DNA of 64,000 nucleotides from a virus: IMG/VR virus record IMGVR_UViG_3300008267_012518, one strand, 5' to 3'. A program made the translations under genes and the position numbers. Numbering within the stretch: the first letter of the stretch is position 1; each line of letters opens with the position of its first letter. Shown one piece after another: positions 20,478-31,525 of this stretch. Below the pieces are notes generated by a model. That model ran no database searches. It saw nothing but the letters and a program-made list of their open reading frames with translations, and had not been told where the DNA came from.

Positions 20478-20798
20478 TTAAGAATTCTTCTCTATCATTT
20501 CCAAGATATCTTTCTTGGATTTTAGACCCGTTGTTCTATCAACTAATTCCCCATTTTTGAATAATAAAAGAGTTGGGATGTTTCTAACATTATATTCTTT
20601 ACAGAAGTTCATATTTTCATCAGCGTCAACAACACCAACGGATACTTTTCCATATGTTTCAGAACTAATCTCATCGATAATTGGGCTCAGTTGTTTACAA
20701 GGTCCACACCATTCTGCTTTGACGTCGATAAGAGATAGATCATTTTCTAAAAATGGTTTCAAATCCTCTTCTTTAAGTTTCTTTGTATAAATTACCAT
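20478..20798 (-). CDS. trxA: Thioredoxin
   Basis: WCGPC, VRNIPTLLLFKNG. Confidence 0.95.
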   Translation of the reverse strand: MVIYTKKLKEEDLKPFLENDLSLIDVKAEWCGPCKQLSPIIDEISSETYGKVSVGVVDADENMNFCKEYNVRNIPTLLLFKNGELVDRTTGLKSKKDILEMIEKNS

Positions 20799-20835
20799 AA
20801 CTAACTATTAATTTTTAGACAATATATATCTTATC

Positions 20836-21588
20836 ATGAAATTAACCTTTAGTTTGTTTTTTATTTTTCTTGTTACTTTAGTTAGATCTCAGACCAATAA
20901 CTTCTCAATTGGTGGAAATTTAACCACAGGTAATCTATTAAGTTATGGTATAAATATTAGAGCAAATCTGAACACTAATCCTGAAAAATTAAACCAAATT
21001 GTATTTTCGCCAAGTTTTGATTATGGTAAGATTTCGGATCAGTCTGGTGAATTTCAATTAAGGAGAAAAGAAATACTAACTGTTCTAAATTATGAGAGGA
21101 CAAAAAATAGATTTAAGTTTTATGTCTATAATGAATTCGAAAAATCATTTCTGAGGAAGATAAGGATAAGAGGTGCATTTGGTACAGGACTTTCGTATAG
21201 GATAGTAGAAAATGAAACTACCAATTTTGATGTGTCTCAGCTTATTTTGCCAGAATTTTTTCAGTCAAGTTTCACAAATAAAAGAGATAACTGGGCTTTA
21301 AGACTATCGACAAGGATACGATTATCCAAAAAATTTCCCAAGTATAGATATTCCTCACAATTATTGTTTCAACCAGCTGTTTATACAGAACTAAGTGATG
21401 GTACTGAAGTTGCACCAAAAAATAATACGACAGTCAGGATTAATAATTCCTACGAGTTTGTATTATCAAAAAATTTGTCTATAGGGTTCATGGGTGAAAT
21501 GATCGTTCAAACATATACGAGTTATATCAATCCAACCGTTAAACCCTACGATACAAATTTAAATTTATTTATAAAGGGTAATTTCTAA
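20836..21588 (+). CDS. Outer-membrane beta-barrel protein (DUF481-like)
   Basis: Signal peptide, alternating amphipathic strands, GAFGTGLSYRI, C-terminal Phe (NLFIKGNF). Confidence 0.65.
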   Translation: MKLTFSLFFIFLVTLVRSQTNNFSIGGNLTTGNLLSYGINIRANLNTNPEKLNQIVFSPSFDYGKISDQSGEFQLRRKEILTVLNYERTKNRFKFYVYNEFEKSFLRKIRIRGAFGTGLSYRIVENETTNFDVSQLILPEFFQSSFTNKRDNWALRLSTRIRLSKKFPKYRYSSQLLFQPAVYTELSDGTEVAPKNNTTVRINNSYEFVLSKNLSIGFMGEMIVQTYTSYINPTVKPYDTNLNLFIKGNF

Positions 21589-22199
21589 AGATACGTTTCA
21601 TCTAAGAAATCAAATTCCTTTTTGGTTTCGGAAATAAGGATTAATCTACCGTTTCTAATTTGAGATTTGATGGTAGATAGATTTTTACCCAATTCATCAG
21701 CAATGTCTTTATAAGCCATCTTTTTGATTTCTCTCATTTCGATAACCTTCCTATATGGTTCTTTGAGGTTTTGGATATGTTTCTTCATGATCTCGGCTTT
21801 TCGGTCCGAAACGTCATGTTTATTATTTTCCGAAACTTCTTCTTGTATAAAGTCCTTTAGGGTTGTACCCTCCTCGTCGATTTCAATGTCGATGGATACA
21901 TTCTTTTTTGAGAGTTTTATGTCTTGGAGAAGAATATTCCTTGCGATGGTGAATAACCACGTTGAAAATTGTGCCTTTTCTTTTTCATACTTGTCAATTT
22001 TTTCGAACGCTGTGAGGAATGATTCTGTAGTTACGTCTTCAGCTTTTTGGTGGTCTCCACACATTTTAGCCGTATAGTAAATTAACTTTGGATAATACTT
22101 TTTGTAAAAGAAAGTAAAGTCACTACCTGTTCTTTCTTTGAATAGAACTTCTTGTTCTGAGAATGATTTGACTGCCGTTGAATTGTACATATATTTCAT
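21585..22199 (-). CDS. ECF-family sigma factor
   Basis: AEDVTTESFL, FSTWLFTIARN (region 2); AYKDIADELGKNLSTIKSQIRNGR (region 4 HTH). Confidence 0.92.
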   Translation of the reverse strand: MKYMYNSTAVKSFSEQEVLFKERTGSDFTFFYKKYYPKLIYYTAKMCGDHQKAEDVTTESFLTAFEKIDKYEKEKAQFSTWLFTIARNILLQDIKLSKKNVSIDIEIDEEGTTLKDFIQEEVSENNKHDVSDRKAEIMKKHIQNLKEPYRKVIEMREIKKMAYKDIADELGKNLSTIKSQIRNGRLILISETKKEFDFLDETYL

Positions 22200-22327
22200 T
22201 TAATTTTTTTTTAGATTGCCACGAATGTATAACAACAATTATACCATATTTATATCCTATTTATGAATAAAGTTTTGTCATCTCAGTAAATAAACCAAAC
22301 AAATATTCATATAAAATTATAATTTTT

Positions 22328-24220
22328 ATGGTCACACTTAATATAATCACACGTTGTTCACGAACTACAAAGATAAGAGAAATTTTTGAAAGTTTTGATA
22401 AAAAAAATAAAAAATTTTCAATCAAATGGTTTGTGTTATTTGATCTGACATCACTACTCGAAATACCAACTGACATATTGTCTTTTTTGAAAGACAGATC
22501 TGAAATTAGATTTTATGAATCCGATCCAAGTGATTATGGACATGACATGATTAACAAAACACTTGATGAAATACCTAATGGTTTAGTATATGTTTTAGAT
22601 GACGATAATATTATACACCCAAACTTCATTGATCTGATAAATAATTGGATTGAAAATAATTTCTATTTTGATGGAATAATTTTCAGTCAAAAAATTGGAG
22701 GTATTGATTTTACCGGTCAAGACATAAGATTTGCTAACGAAGAAAATATCAAAGTTAGTAAAATTGATATGGCTCAATTTTGTTTAAAGCGGGAATTAAT
22801 TGGTGATAATAGAATTCCACCCAATCAATATGTTGGTGATGGTATTTTCATTGAGAATTTATTTGAAGAAAACAAAGATAAATTTTTAATCATAGATGAA
22901 ATAGGATGTTATTATAATTACTTCAAACAAATTGAGAAAAAAGACTATTTTTTACCCAAAGTTTTAATTATCGGAGAAGAAAATGATATTGAAATAAAAT
23001 CTCATAAATATGCAAATTATGAAGATGATAGGTTGAAATCCATTTCCAACCTTACCGATGAAGGAATCCAAAAAATACTCCATGAGTTCAATCCCGATGG
23101 AATATTGACTACAGGAGATGATTGGCAAAATTATAAGGAATTATCAAACATGAATTTAGATTTTAGAAGAAAATGGATACATATCAAAAGGATTGATGAT
23201 AATTCGGGTGAACTTATTTTTAATTGTCTAATGCAATCAATGTTAGATCCAATTTATGATAAAAATCCACTTATCAGTGTATTTACACCGACTTATAACA
23301 CCAAAGAGGTTCTTTATAGGAGTTATGAATCTTTAAAAAATCAAACTTATAATAATTGGGAATGGGTGGTTGTTGATGATTCCACTGATGGTGGTAAAAC
23401 TCTGAAAATAGCCCAAGAAATTTCGAAAAAAGATCCTAGGGTCAAAGTTTATGAATTCAGAGATAAATCAGGTGGGGTTGTTGGAGAATCGAAGTACCGA
23501 GCAGCTTCATTGTGTTCCGGTAAATACCTAATTGAATTTGATCACGACGATTTGTTATTACCAGATGCGTTACTTTACACAGTAGAGGCTTTTCAAAGGT
23601 ATCCAGATGCTAAATTTGTTTACTCGGACTGTGCTGAAATAGATCAGAATCACAATTCCCTTACTTATGGAGATGATTTTGCCTTTGGATATGGTTCATA
23701 CCGTGATGAAGAATATAATGGTAAAATTTATAAAGCTGTCAATACTCAGAATATAAATCCAAAAACTATAAGACACATAGTTGGTGTACCAAACCATTTA
23801 AGAGCATGGGATAGATTTTTCTATCATTCTATTGGTGGACATAATAGAAATTTATCCATAGCTGATGATTATGAATTATTGGTTAGAACTTTCTTGAAAA
23901 CTCGATTTGTTAGGATACCAAAAATGTTGTATCTCCAATTTTTCCATAGTTCGAATACACAGAATGATTCTAGATCTGATATACAAAGAAGAGTGAGAGT
24001 AATCTCTTCTTTTTATAATGAAAAAATCAAAAATAGGTTTGAGGAGTTGGGTTGCACAGATTGGGCCTACGAAGGTAATCCTCAGTGGCCAACCAACACT
24101 CCGAGTAGGTTCGGTGTAGAAGAGTGTGCGGTCAACTACGTTATGGAAATAGATCCTGTTAAAAATTCGAACCTTGATTACAACTTCGATACTATGACTG
24201 GATTTTCAATATTAAATTGA
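22328..24220 (+). CDS. Tandem GT-A/GT2 glycosyltransferase fusion
   Basis: N-terminal VLDDDNIIH, IDMAQF, GDGIFI; C-terminal ISVFTPTYN, VVVDDS, EFDHDD, ADDYEL. Confidence 0.85.
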   Translation: MVTLNIITRCSRTTKIREIFESFDKKNKKFSIKWFVLFDLTSLLEIPTDILSFLKDRSEIRFYESDPSDYGHDMINKTLDEIPNGLVYVLDDDNIIHPNFIDLINNWIENNFYFDGIIFSQKIGGIDFTGQDIRFANEENIKVSKIDMAQFCLKRELIGDNRIPPNQYVGDGIFIENLFEENKDKFLIIDEIGCYYNYFKQIEKKDYFLPKVLIIGEENDIEIKSHKYANYEDDRLKSISNLTDEGIQKILHEFNPDGILTTGDDWQNYKELSNMNLDFRRKWIHIKRIDDNSGELIFNCLMQSMLDPIYDKNPLISVFTPTYNTKEVLYRSYESLKNQTYNNWEWVVVDDSTDGGKTLKIAQEISKKDPRVKVYEFRDKSGGVVGESKYRAASLCSGKYLIEFDHDDLLLPDALLYTVEAFQRYPDAKFVYSDCAEIDQNHNSLTYGDDFAFGYGSYRDEEYNGKIYKAVNTQNINPKTIRHIVGVPNHLRAWDRFFYHSIGGHNRNLSIADDYELLVRTFLKTRFVRIPKMLYLQFFHSSNTQNDSRSDIQRRVRVISSFYNEKIKNRFEELGCTDWAYEGNPQWPTNTPSRFGVEECAVNYVMEIDPVKNSNLDYNFDTMTGFSILN

Positions 24221-24234
24221 GATATTGATGTATT

Positions 24235-24243
24235 TAATATATA
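24235..24243 (+). promoter_or_regulatory. Putative late promoter TAATATATA
   Basis: Identical 9-mer also at 9984, 37235, 47858, 59160 (+) and 47359, 54452, 61763 (-), each shortly before an ATG. Confidence 0.55.
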
Positions 24244-24263
24244 AATAAAAAAAAATTGCACTT

Positions 24264-27200
24264 ATGGCAATACAAAGTTCCTTTCCAAAAGTAGCTGATC
24301 AAATCATATCATTCAATAAAAATGTAATAGATTCTTTATCCAAAATAAACACACTTGTCACATCTTCGGATCCATCTGTGACTGTTAGTATTATAGATAC
24401 ATCGGGTGTTACCCGTCAATTCAATCTACCTACTGTTGGTTACTTGAAATCCGAAATTGATAGGTTGAATAACAACATCAACTCAATTTATTCGATAAAT
24501 GAAGCTGGTGCTTTGATCCAACCGGTCAACGGGACAAAATTTAAGAAAGTTGTTACTGTTGATTTAAATAAAGAACCAAATGACCTTGGTGATCTAAATT
24601 TAGTTACATTTTTCAAAAGTGGTAAAAACTGGTTTTTTGATTCTATGTTGAATCCACAGATTTTTATTGAACTTGATTTATCTAATAAAGTCGAAAATAA
24701 CGTCAGAAAAATTGTTTGTAGGAGATATATTCCAGAGTTTGAACGTGACGGGAATGGAAATTTGACAACAAATGGTCAAAAGGGATTGGATAGTTTCAAT
24801 CTTTTATTCAGAAATAAAAATGATTTTTCCTTAGAAGCTTATCTCACTTGGCATGAAACAACATCAGGTGTTCTTAAACCATTTAATCCAAATTATGATG
24901 AACAAATGTTTGATTTGGAACCAAACATAGTCGAATATGATGGTACTTTTACTGTTTTAAAAGTTGAGGAGGATACTTTAAATAAAAAACTATTTTATCA
25001 CTTAAATTCTTTGACATACGTCAAAAATCAGATGGGTCAAATGGGTGATATAATACAACAAGAAAAGGAATTAGTTGTTGGTGATGAAATGATAATCAAT
25101 ACACCAGCATCTTATACTAGATATAAAATCTTAGAAATTTCTAAGACAGCACAAAATCCAAGAGTGAGGTTTGAGAGAGTGGAGGGTAATCAACCCATCC
25201 CATCTGGTGTTGTAGGGGTTCTTAAGGTTTATTCTCCGGTTGTCTATAACAAAAGGGTTAGGGTAAGTGTCGGATTTGATGAGAGAAATACCATCTTCAT
25301 TAAAGCTCTAAACATGGATAACTATATTCTATCTAAAAATTGGAGTAGTGGTATCGGATTTTATACAAACGATTTGTATGAATTCGATACTAGACAGAGC
25401 TTACCCGACTATTATAATTCAACAATTAATGATTATGGTGAGGTCCTCAAAGATTTAGTTAAGAAAAAAACCCCTAACACCGCTGCTAGTAAGCCAAATT
25501 TTCCTGTTTTATCTGGTGGTGAATTCAAGGTGGTTCAGATCAATAAACATCAAACCGACTCACCGGATGCTTTGAGATTGAGAGATCTGAGTAATCAACA
25601 AAGGACACTCCAATCGGATATGCAACAATTATTAGCAGCAATCGATGATAAAAAGAAGCAAATAAGGTTGACAGCATTCGCGTCAGACGCTACGAGGTCA
25701 CAGTTTGAGAACGAGATCCAACTTTTGAATGGTAAATATGAAAGTAAGCAAAAATTAGCGACATCAATCAATATTCAAATATTAGCTTTGTCGAATTCAC
25801 TCTCTACTAAAATTGATCCTGTATACAGAATTCGAGGATTTTTCCCCCTTCCTGAACCAGCGATTAGACCAGGTGGAAAAGTTCAAGAAGTGGTACAATT
25901 CAAAGTACAATATAGATATCTTTCTAAAAGTGGACAAGAGTCTCCTATAGAAACGTTCAGATTAGATAGTGGGAACAATAATTCCGATTTAGCCGCCTTT
26001 TCAAACTGGAATGAGTATTTATCACCAGTTCGTAAAAGAACATTCAATAAATCAACAGGTGAATATACTTGGGACACTGAGGAGATTTCGAACCCAGATG
26101 TACCAAATATAAACCAAGTTGATATACCAATTAAGGTTAATGAAAAAGTTGAAATGAGAGTAAAGTCAATTTCTGAGGTTGGATATCCAGAGTCCCCAGT
26201 TGAATCCGATTGGAGTCAGTCCGTCACTGTGGAATTTCCCGACGAACTTGCGACAGTAGCTACTCAAAATGATACCATTCGGTCGGAAGCTCAGAAGGAA
26301 GAACTTCAAGTTGCGGTCAGAGGTGACTTATCAGCTTTGGGTGTGATTCAACACGTATCCGAACAAGTTTCGATTGGAACTACAACATATTATCATACTA
26401 CAGAGGGTATACTTTCTGGATTTAGAGACACAAACAATATTCCTATGGATTTGTTCACTTTCATGCAAAAACTTTTGGATAGAATTAAAGTCCTCGAAGA
26501 CAAAGTTAATAGAGTTGCGGGTGAACTTGAAGTTACTGTTATACGAAATAGTGAGATATTTATTGTTAAAAACGGATCTGAATTATCTTTCAACGTCGAG
26601 TGTGAAGATTATTTAGATTTTTATCAATCACCTGGTGTACCAAGTGGTCGAGTTTATACAAACAGTATATACGTTATAAAAGATTTCTTACTTAAAATAC
26701 GCAATAAATCAGTTGAAAGTAGTTTGGGTCTTTTATCCAATAGGGCTTACAATTCTAGTACAAATGGTGCTGTATATAGTGCTGCTGCTCCTCAAGTATT
26801 TTGGGTTGATCAGCAAGATCAACTTTTAGTTTCCAATATCTCAGGTATTACTAAATCACAATTAGATAACCAATTTATTTGGATGGTTAATTATGATGGA
26901 TTGAACCAGAACACAGTCATGAAATTGGCACAAAGCGTACCAAGTGATCTACTTTTGCAACAGAATAATTCAATAACAAAGGCTTTATCTTCAAATGAAT
27001 ACAATATTGGTTTTTCGGGTGTCTCTATTTTGAATTTTGTCGGTAATAATTTGTCACTTTTCGACAGATCCAAATGGATTGATGCATTCCCATCGAGCAC
27101 TTCGACTACAAAGTTATTGTCTACAATTCACCCAAGGGTCACAAATCTAGAACAGATACAAGAAACCAATGCTGACAAAGTTTATTACCTTGATGGTGGT

Positions 27201-27467
27201 GCCGAGAATGATATAGACATTCCACTCAACATATATTTTAAAATGAACGCTATGGATAATAGTAAGCCTGGTTTAAATTTCGAATATATCAATTTGAATG
27301 GTGTTAAAAGTACAGTGAAACACATTAAAAAAATAAAATTTCTATTGGAAAATGAGAGTGATAATAAACCATTTATTTTCACAATCAAATTTACATTAAA
27401 TAGAGCGAAATTAGTTGTTAAGAAAACAATCGAATCAACTCCATTCGCAACAACTGCTAACAGATAA
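24264..27467 (+). CDS. Large putative virion protein with central coiled coil
   Basis: 1067 aa, head of a structural-type operon, beta-rich; no family recognised. Confidence 0.55.
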   Translation: MAIQSSFPKVADQIISFNKNVIDSLSKINTLVTSSDPSVTVSIIDTSGVTRQFNLPTVGYLKSEIDRLNNNINSIYSINEAGALIQPVNGTKFKKVVTVDLNKEPNDLGDLNLVTFFKSGKNWFFDSMLNPQIFIELDLSNKVENNVRKIVCRRYIPEFERDGNGNLTTNGQKGLDSFNLLFRNKNDFSLEAYLTWHETTSGVLKPFNPNYDEQMFDLEPNIVEYDGTFTVLKVEEDTLNKKLFYHLNSLTYVKNQMGQMGDIIQQEKELVVGDEMIINTPASYTRYKILEISKTAQNPRVRFERVEGNQPIPSGVVGVLKVYSPVVYNKRVRVSVGFDERNTIFIKALNMDNYILSKNWSSGIGFYTNDLYEFDTRQSLPDYYNSTINDYGEVLKDLVKKKTPNTAASKPNFPVLSGGEFKVVQINKHQTDSPDALRLRDLSNQQRTLQSDMQQLLAAIDDKKKQIRLTAFASDATRSQFENEIQLLNGKYESKQKLATSINIQILALSNSLSTKIDPVYRIRGFFPLPEPAIRPGGKVQEVVQFKVQYRYLSKSGQESPIETFRLDSGNNNSDLAAFSNWNEYLSPVRKRTFNKSTGEYTWDTEEISNPDVPNINQVDIPIKVNEKVEMRVKSISEVGYPESPVESDWSQSVTVEFPDELATVATQNDTIRSEAQKEELQVAVRGDLSALGVIQHVSEQVSIGTTTYYHTTEGILSGFRDTNNIPMDLFTFMQKLLDRIKVLEDKVNRVAGELEVTVIRNSEIFIVKNGSELSFNVECEDYLDFYQSPGVPSGRVYTNSIYVIKDFLLKIRNKSVESSLGLLSNRAYNSSTNGAVYSAAAPQVFWVDQQDQLLVSNISGITKSQLDNQFIWMVNYDGLNQNTVMKLAQSVPSDLLLQQNNSITKALSSNEYNIGFSGVSILNFVGNNLSLFDRSKWIDAFPSSTSTTKLLSTIHPRVTNLEQIQETNADKVYYLDGGAENDIDIPLNIYFKMNAMDNSKPGLNFEYINLNGVKSTVKHIKKIKFLLENESDNKPFIFTIKFTLNRAKLVVKKTIESTPFATTANR

Positions 27468-30400
27468 TGAAAAGTAGTGCAATATTAAGAACTAATGTGG
27501 GATTGACTACTAACGTGAAGTTAGTAGTTAGAAGTAACTATGGTCTTTATTTGGATTCTATTGTTTCTTCACCAGAATTATCCGAAAACAGATTCAAGAA
27601 ATTCCAGATAGATAAGGACACATTTTGGGAGGATATAGTTCCAGTCTTTTTTCAAAAGACTCCTGTTGATTTAGCATACAAAATAAAATATGATGGTGAT
27701 GTAGATAAGATGTCTACCGATTTTACTAGCCAATTTGATGACTTATATCAATATGGGGCTAGAAATATTGTAGATAATAAATTTTATAGTGAGGAATTCG
27801 AATATTTTGCTCCACTATACATAAGTAAAAATAGTCTACCTAAAAATTTCATCATATTCCGTGTTGATGGTCCTGGTATTATAAACCTAACCAAGGATAA
27901 TTTTAGATCAGAGATTCTGAATAAATTAAAAGTAGTAAAAAACTACGATTTAACACAAAAAAGTTATTTGGGTCAATGGATTAATAATAACATTACAAAT
28001 AATAGATTTTATCCCAATAATAGTTTATACATTGATTTCAGAAGACTTGAGTTTTCTACTTGGCGTGGTATAGATTATGAAAAGGGTGGGTATACCGAAA
28101 AAAACTTTCTTCTTGATAGTACACTTGAGTTTGAACTACCATATTATGAAATGGAAAAATTAATTTTGGAGGGTTATAAAAATAACAAAATTGTCTTTCC
28201 AAACATCATAAACTTCAGCTTTTTATTCGATGACACACCTGCTACACCCGATTCTCTTAGAAAGTGGTCGTTGAATAGATATTTGGGTTTCTATCTCGAT
28301 GAGATGAAATTGGTAGATTCTTTTTCACCGAATAAGTTACCAACTCTGAAATCGGATGTTAAAATAGATGATGAGAACATCCTTTCTAGTCCTAGTAGTC
28401 AATCCCCATTTCTAAATGAATGGGAAGTCAATGATTACCCATTCATAGAGGTAGATGGTGTTTACTATAGGTTGGAAAAATTCGAACAAGTCACATCGTC
28501 CGTAATTCAAAGAGTACAGAACACAAGAAATACCTACGAAGAACGCAGGGCTAGTAGTAATGTTATAAAATATAAAGTAATTTCAGACATATCACTATCG
28601 GGTAAATCATTTTCCGACATCAATAATAAATTGATAATCATAAATTCAGACAAGACCATAGGTCTCCAAAATGGAAACACATTTATGATTAATGACTTTG
28701 GAAATGCTGATGTGTGGTTGATTGAAATTGATAATTTTTTACACCACTTGGTATTTGAAGATGGTAAATATAGAATATTGACTGATTATGGGTTTAGACA
28801 ATCCGCTGAAAGATTTGATTATTACATAAATGGTATAAATTCTGATACATCTAAGAGCGTAAATTTAGTGACTAGTAAAGATTATGGTCCAGTGGAATTC
28901 AAAATCTACAAATGTAAATTTACTGACATCAAGGATTTTGATACAGATATTGTTGATACTACCTATTCCAAATATGAGTATATAAAGTCGGAAACTCTAA
29001 CTGATACCGATGAGCCAAAAATGTATGTACAGGATTTGGAATCAACTAATCAACCAAAAGATTACGTTCAGTTCAAATTACAAAATAAAGTTGTTACTAT
29101 ACCAACATCTTCCGAATATACTGCAAATTCTGAAACTTTTAGAATAGAAGACAATAACCTCACACAATTATGGAGAAAAAATTCTCAAAGATTGAAATGG
29201 GGGTTTGGGGGTTCTATATCATCCAATGATTATCCTTATTTACTTAATAATAGTATAATCTCCGAAGATTATAATAAATCTCCAAATACAAAAGATGTTA
29301 TACTACAACGAGAAAAAAGAAATCTAGACCACTTTTATACTATTAACTCTGATAGTAATCAATATTCTCATCACACCCTTCACATTGAAGATTGGTCTAA
29401 TGATAAATTGAATATTGATTTCAAATTTGAATTGGATAAATATCTAGGTATAGGATATAATTTGGATTACTTTTCCTACTTTTTTGGTAAAAAGACTTAT
29501 TTTGAGGAAGGTAAAGTTTCAAAGAGGACTGAGAAGTTTTCTTATTTTCAGAGTGGGGATGGATCAACTCCAAATATTACCCTATTCAAAGGATTGAAAT
29601 TCAGTATTTCTGAAATAGATAATATAAATATAGTTGATGGTAAAATTGAAAAGATCAATTTAAGAAATTCAAACAAATTCGAAAGTTGGAGGTTTTCTGT
29701 TTTGTTGTCAAACAATTCTCACTTGATAGTTGGATCTGATACTGATCCAACCAACCCGAACGTTATTAAATCTGAGACCGCACTCAAGTGGAGAGTTATT
29801 GATGAGTGGAAACACGATAAAGATTACTTCACCAACAGTTTGGTGTTGTACGAACAGACTTTGTACAAAAATACTGTTCATTCTAGGATAGTCGATCCGA
29901 TATACAATCCAAAGAATACCACAGATTGGCAACTCTATACAAATCCAACAATATTTTACAGCCCACTTTTTGACGGAACCTCAACAAAAAATAACATGGT
30001 AGGATTTGGAGCTACAATTCCACCACTGATTTACAATGATGGTCAATATTATTTTTCAAACCCTTTTAATAGTAATGATTTTTGGAATAGTTCTTTTACA
30101 TATTCGGATTTTGATGTGGTGACTTACAAAAATAAAAATTGGGTATCCCTTACATCTAGCAATATAACTATTCCAAGTGAAAACTCTGGTATCAATATTG
30201 GTGGTGAATTTTTTAGTACTTGGGAAGAGACAGGTGTGTCTGTGAGATGGAATCCAGTTAGTATTTGGAAATCTGATTTTGAATATGATGTATCTTCTTG
30301 GCAACAGAATTCTTTTGGGTTTGGTAATTATGTAATACACGATGACGTAGTTTATGGCAGCACATCGTCTCCAGTTTACGGTGTTCCACCACCACTTGAC

Positions 30401-31522
30401 AATAATTGGAGAAGAATTTATAGTCTTGAACCAGATACCTCGTATTTTTATGGACCATCAATATCCAATAATAATATTATTGAGATGAATGGTAAATATT
30501 ATGAGTGTGTTGGGAATAATTTTAACGGTAGTTTATCTTCTGATACTTTAATAAATTATTCTATCGATAATGGTATTTACATAGTAATCAATGAAAAATT
30601 CAAAAATGTTCTCATAAATATTTATGTGAATGACAATACTTATTCGGAAGTAAGTGAAATCTCACAAAGTGTGTGGGATGTGACAAGTAACAATGTCAAA
30701 AACACCAATAGGGATGATATTTACACTACTATATTTTCTAAGTTGTCCACGAATAATTTCATGAACTGTCTGAATGATTTGTCTAATAAATTTGGATTTA
30801 GTGACAACGTGAAATATGTTGTCGTGGGAGAAAGTGGTACAAAGTTGTATGATTTCAATAATCTAAAATCAGTTGTAAATTTACCATATCTATTGACATG
30901 CTCTGGACCAGATGAGTTATTAGTAAGAACTCGTTCCAACATATATCAACCAATTACACTAAAGGGATCTGAAATTAAATCTAAAAGAATATTAAATGAT
31001 TCGAATATAGAAAATTTATCCGAATTGAATTATTTTAATGAAATGCACTTAGCTTCCAAAATTTCAAAAAATGTTGAAAGTCCAATAATATTACCCAATT
31101 ATAGTGGATTGAAAAATCAAATTTATTACAGACTTTATAGATTTTCAGGATACTATGGTCCAATTTTGAGAAACATAGAACTCTTTGACTCACCTAGTCT
31201 GACTCAAAGCGAAACAAATTATAGATTTGACACAGAATTAACGAATTTTGGCATCGTCAAGGAAAGAATAGTTTCAAAGGTTAATAGGAAATCTAATTTA
31301 TTGAGATTTGCTAATCAAACTAACTTAAAATCAATATATCCCATGATAGATGAATTTGGGTATCATACTGTTGATTATTTTATGTTTAAGTCTACTTGGG
31401 ACCTTAATTATCACATTGAAACACAAGATTATGTTCCTGAATTACAGACAACACAATTAAAGCCAAATAACCAAGATCTAAGTTCAAAGGAATTCAGAAA
31501 TAATAACTCAAAATTACTATAA
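27467..31522 (+). CDS. Large putative virion protein with CBM5/12-like Trp/Tyr repeats
   Basis: 1351 aa; WKHDKDY...VLYEQTLY, WNSSFTY...VVTYKNKNW, WKSDFEY...VIHDDVVY. Confidence 0.55.
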   Translation: MKSSAILRTNVGLTTNVKLVVRSNYGLYLDSIVSSPELSENRFKKFQIDKDTFWEDIVPVFFQKTPVDLAYKIKYDGDVDKMSTDFTSQFDDLYQYGARNIVDNKFYSEEFEYFAPLYISKNSLPKNFIIFRVDGPGIINLTKDNFRSEILNKLKVVKNYDLTQKSYLGQWINNNITNNRFYPNNSLYIDFRRLEFSTWRGIDYEKGGYTEKNFLLDSTLEFELPYYEMEKLILEGYKNNKIVFPNIINFSFLFDDTPATPDSLRKWSLNRYLGFYLDEMKLVDSFSPNKLPTLKSDVKIDDENILSSPSSQSPFLNEWEVNDYPFIEVDGVYYRLEKFEQVTSSVIQRVQNTRNTYEERRASSNVIKYKVISDISLSGKSFSDINNKLIIINSDKTIGLQNGNTFMINDFGNADVWLIEIDNFLHHLVFEDGKYRILTDYGFRQSAERFDYYINGINSDTSKSVNLVTSKDYGPVEFKIYKCKFTDIKDFDTDIVDTTYSKYEYIKSETLTDTDEPKMYVQDLESTNQPKDYVQFKLQNKVVTIPTSSEYTANSETFRIEDNNLTQLWRKNSQRLKWGFGGSISSNDYPYLLNNSIISEDYNKSPNTKDVILQREKRNLDHFYTINSDSNQYSHHTLHIEDWSNDKLNIDFKFELDKYLGIGYNLDYFSYFFGKKTYFEEGKVSKRTEKFSYFQSGDGSTPNITLFKGLKFSISEIDNINIVDGKIEKINLRNSNKFESWRFSVLLSNNSHLIVGSDTDPTNPNVIKSETALKWRVIDEWKHDKDYFTNSLVLYEQTLYKNTVHSRIVDPIYNPKNTTDWQLYTNPTIFYSPLFDGTSTKNNMVGFGATIPPLIYNDGQYYFSNPFNSNDFWNSSFTYSDFDVVTYKNKNWVSLTSSNITIPSENSGINIGGEFFSTWEETGVSVRWNPVSIWKSDFEYDVSSWQQNSFGFGNYVIHDDVVYGSTSSPVYGVPPPLDNNWRRIYSLEPDTSYFYGPSISNNNIIEMNGKYYECVGNNFNGSLSSDTLINYSIDNGIYIVINEKFKNVLINIYVNDNTYSEVSEISQSVWDVTSNNVKNTNRDDIYTTIFSKLSTNNFMNCLNDLSNKFGFSDNVKYVVVGESGTKLYDFNNLKSVVNLPYLLTCSGPDELLVRTRSNIYQPITLKGSEIKSKRILNDSNIENLSELNYFNEMHLASKISKNVESPIILPNYSGLKNQIYYRLYRFSGYYGPILRNIELFDSPSLTQSETNYRFDTELTNFGIVKERIVSKVNRKSNLLRFANQTNLKSIYPMIDEFGYHTVDYFMFKSTWDLNYHIETQDYVPELQTTQLKPNNQDLSSKEFRNNNSKLL

Positions 31523-31525
31523 TAT

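Noticed and set aside
24240-24247. Canonical T4 late promoter TATAAATA as the consensus
   Set aside because: Present at only a few sites (24240, near 34576, 59165); TAATATATA explains more
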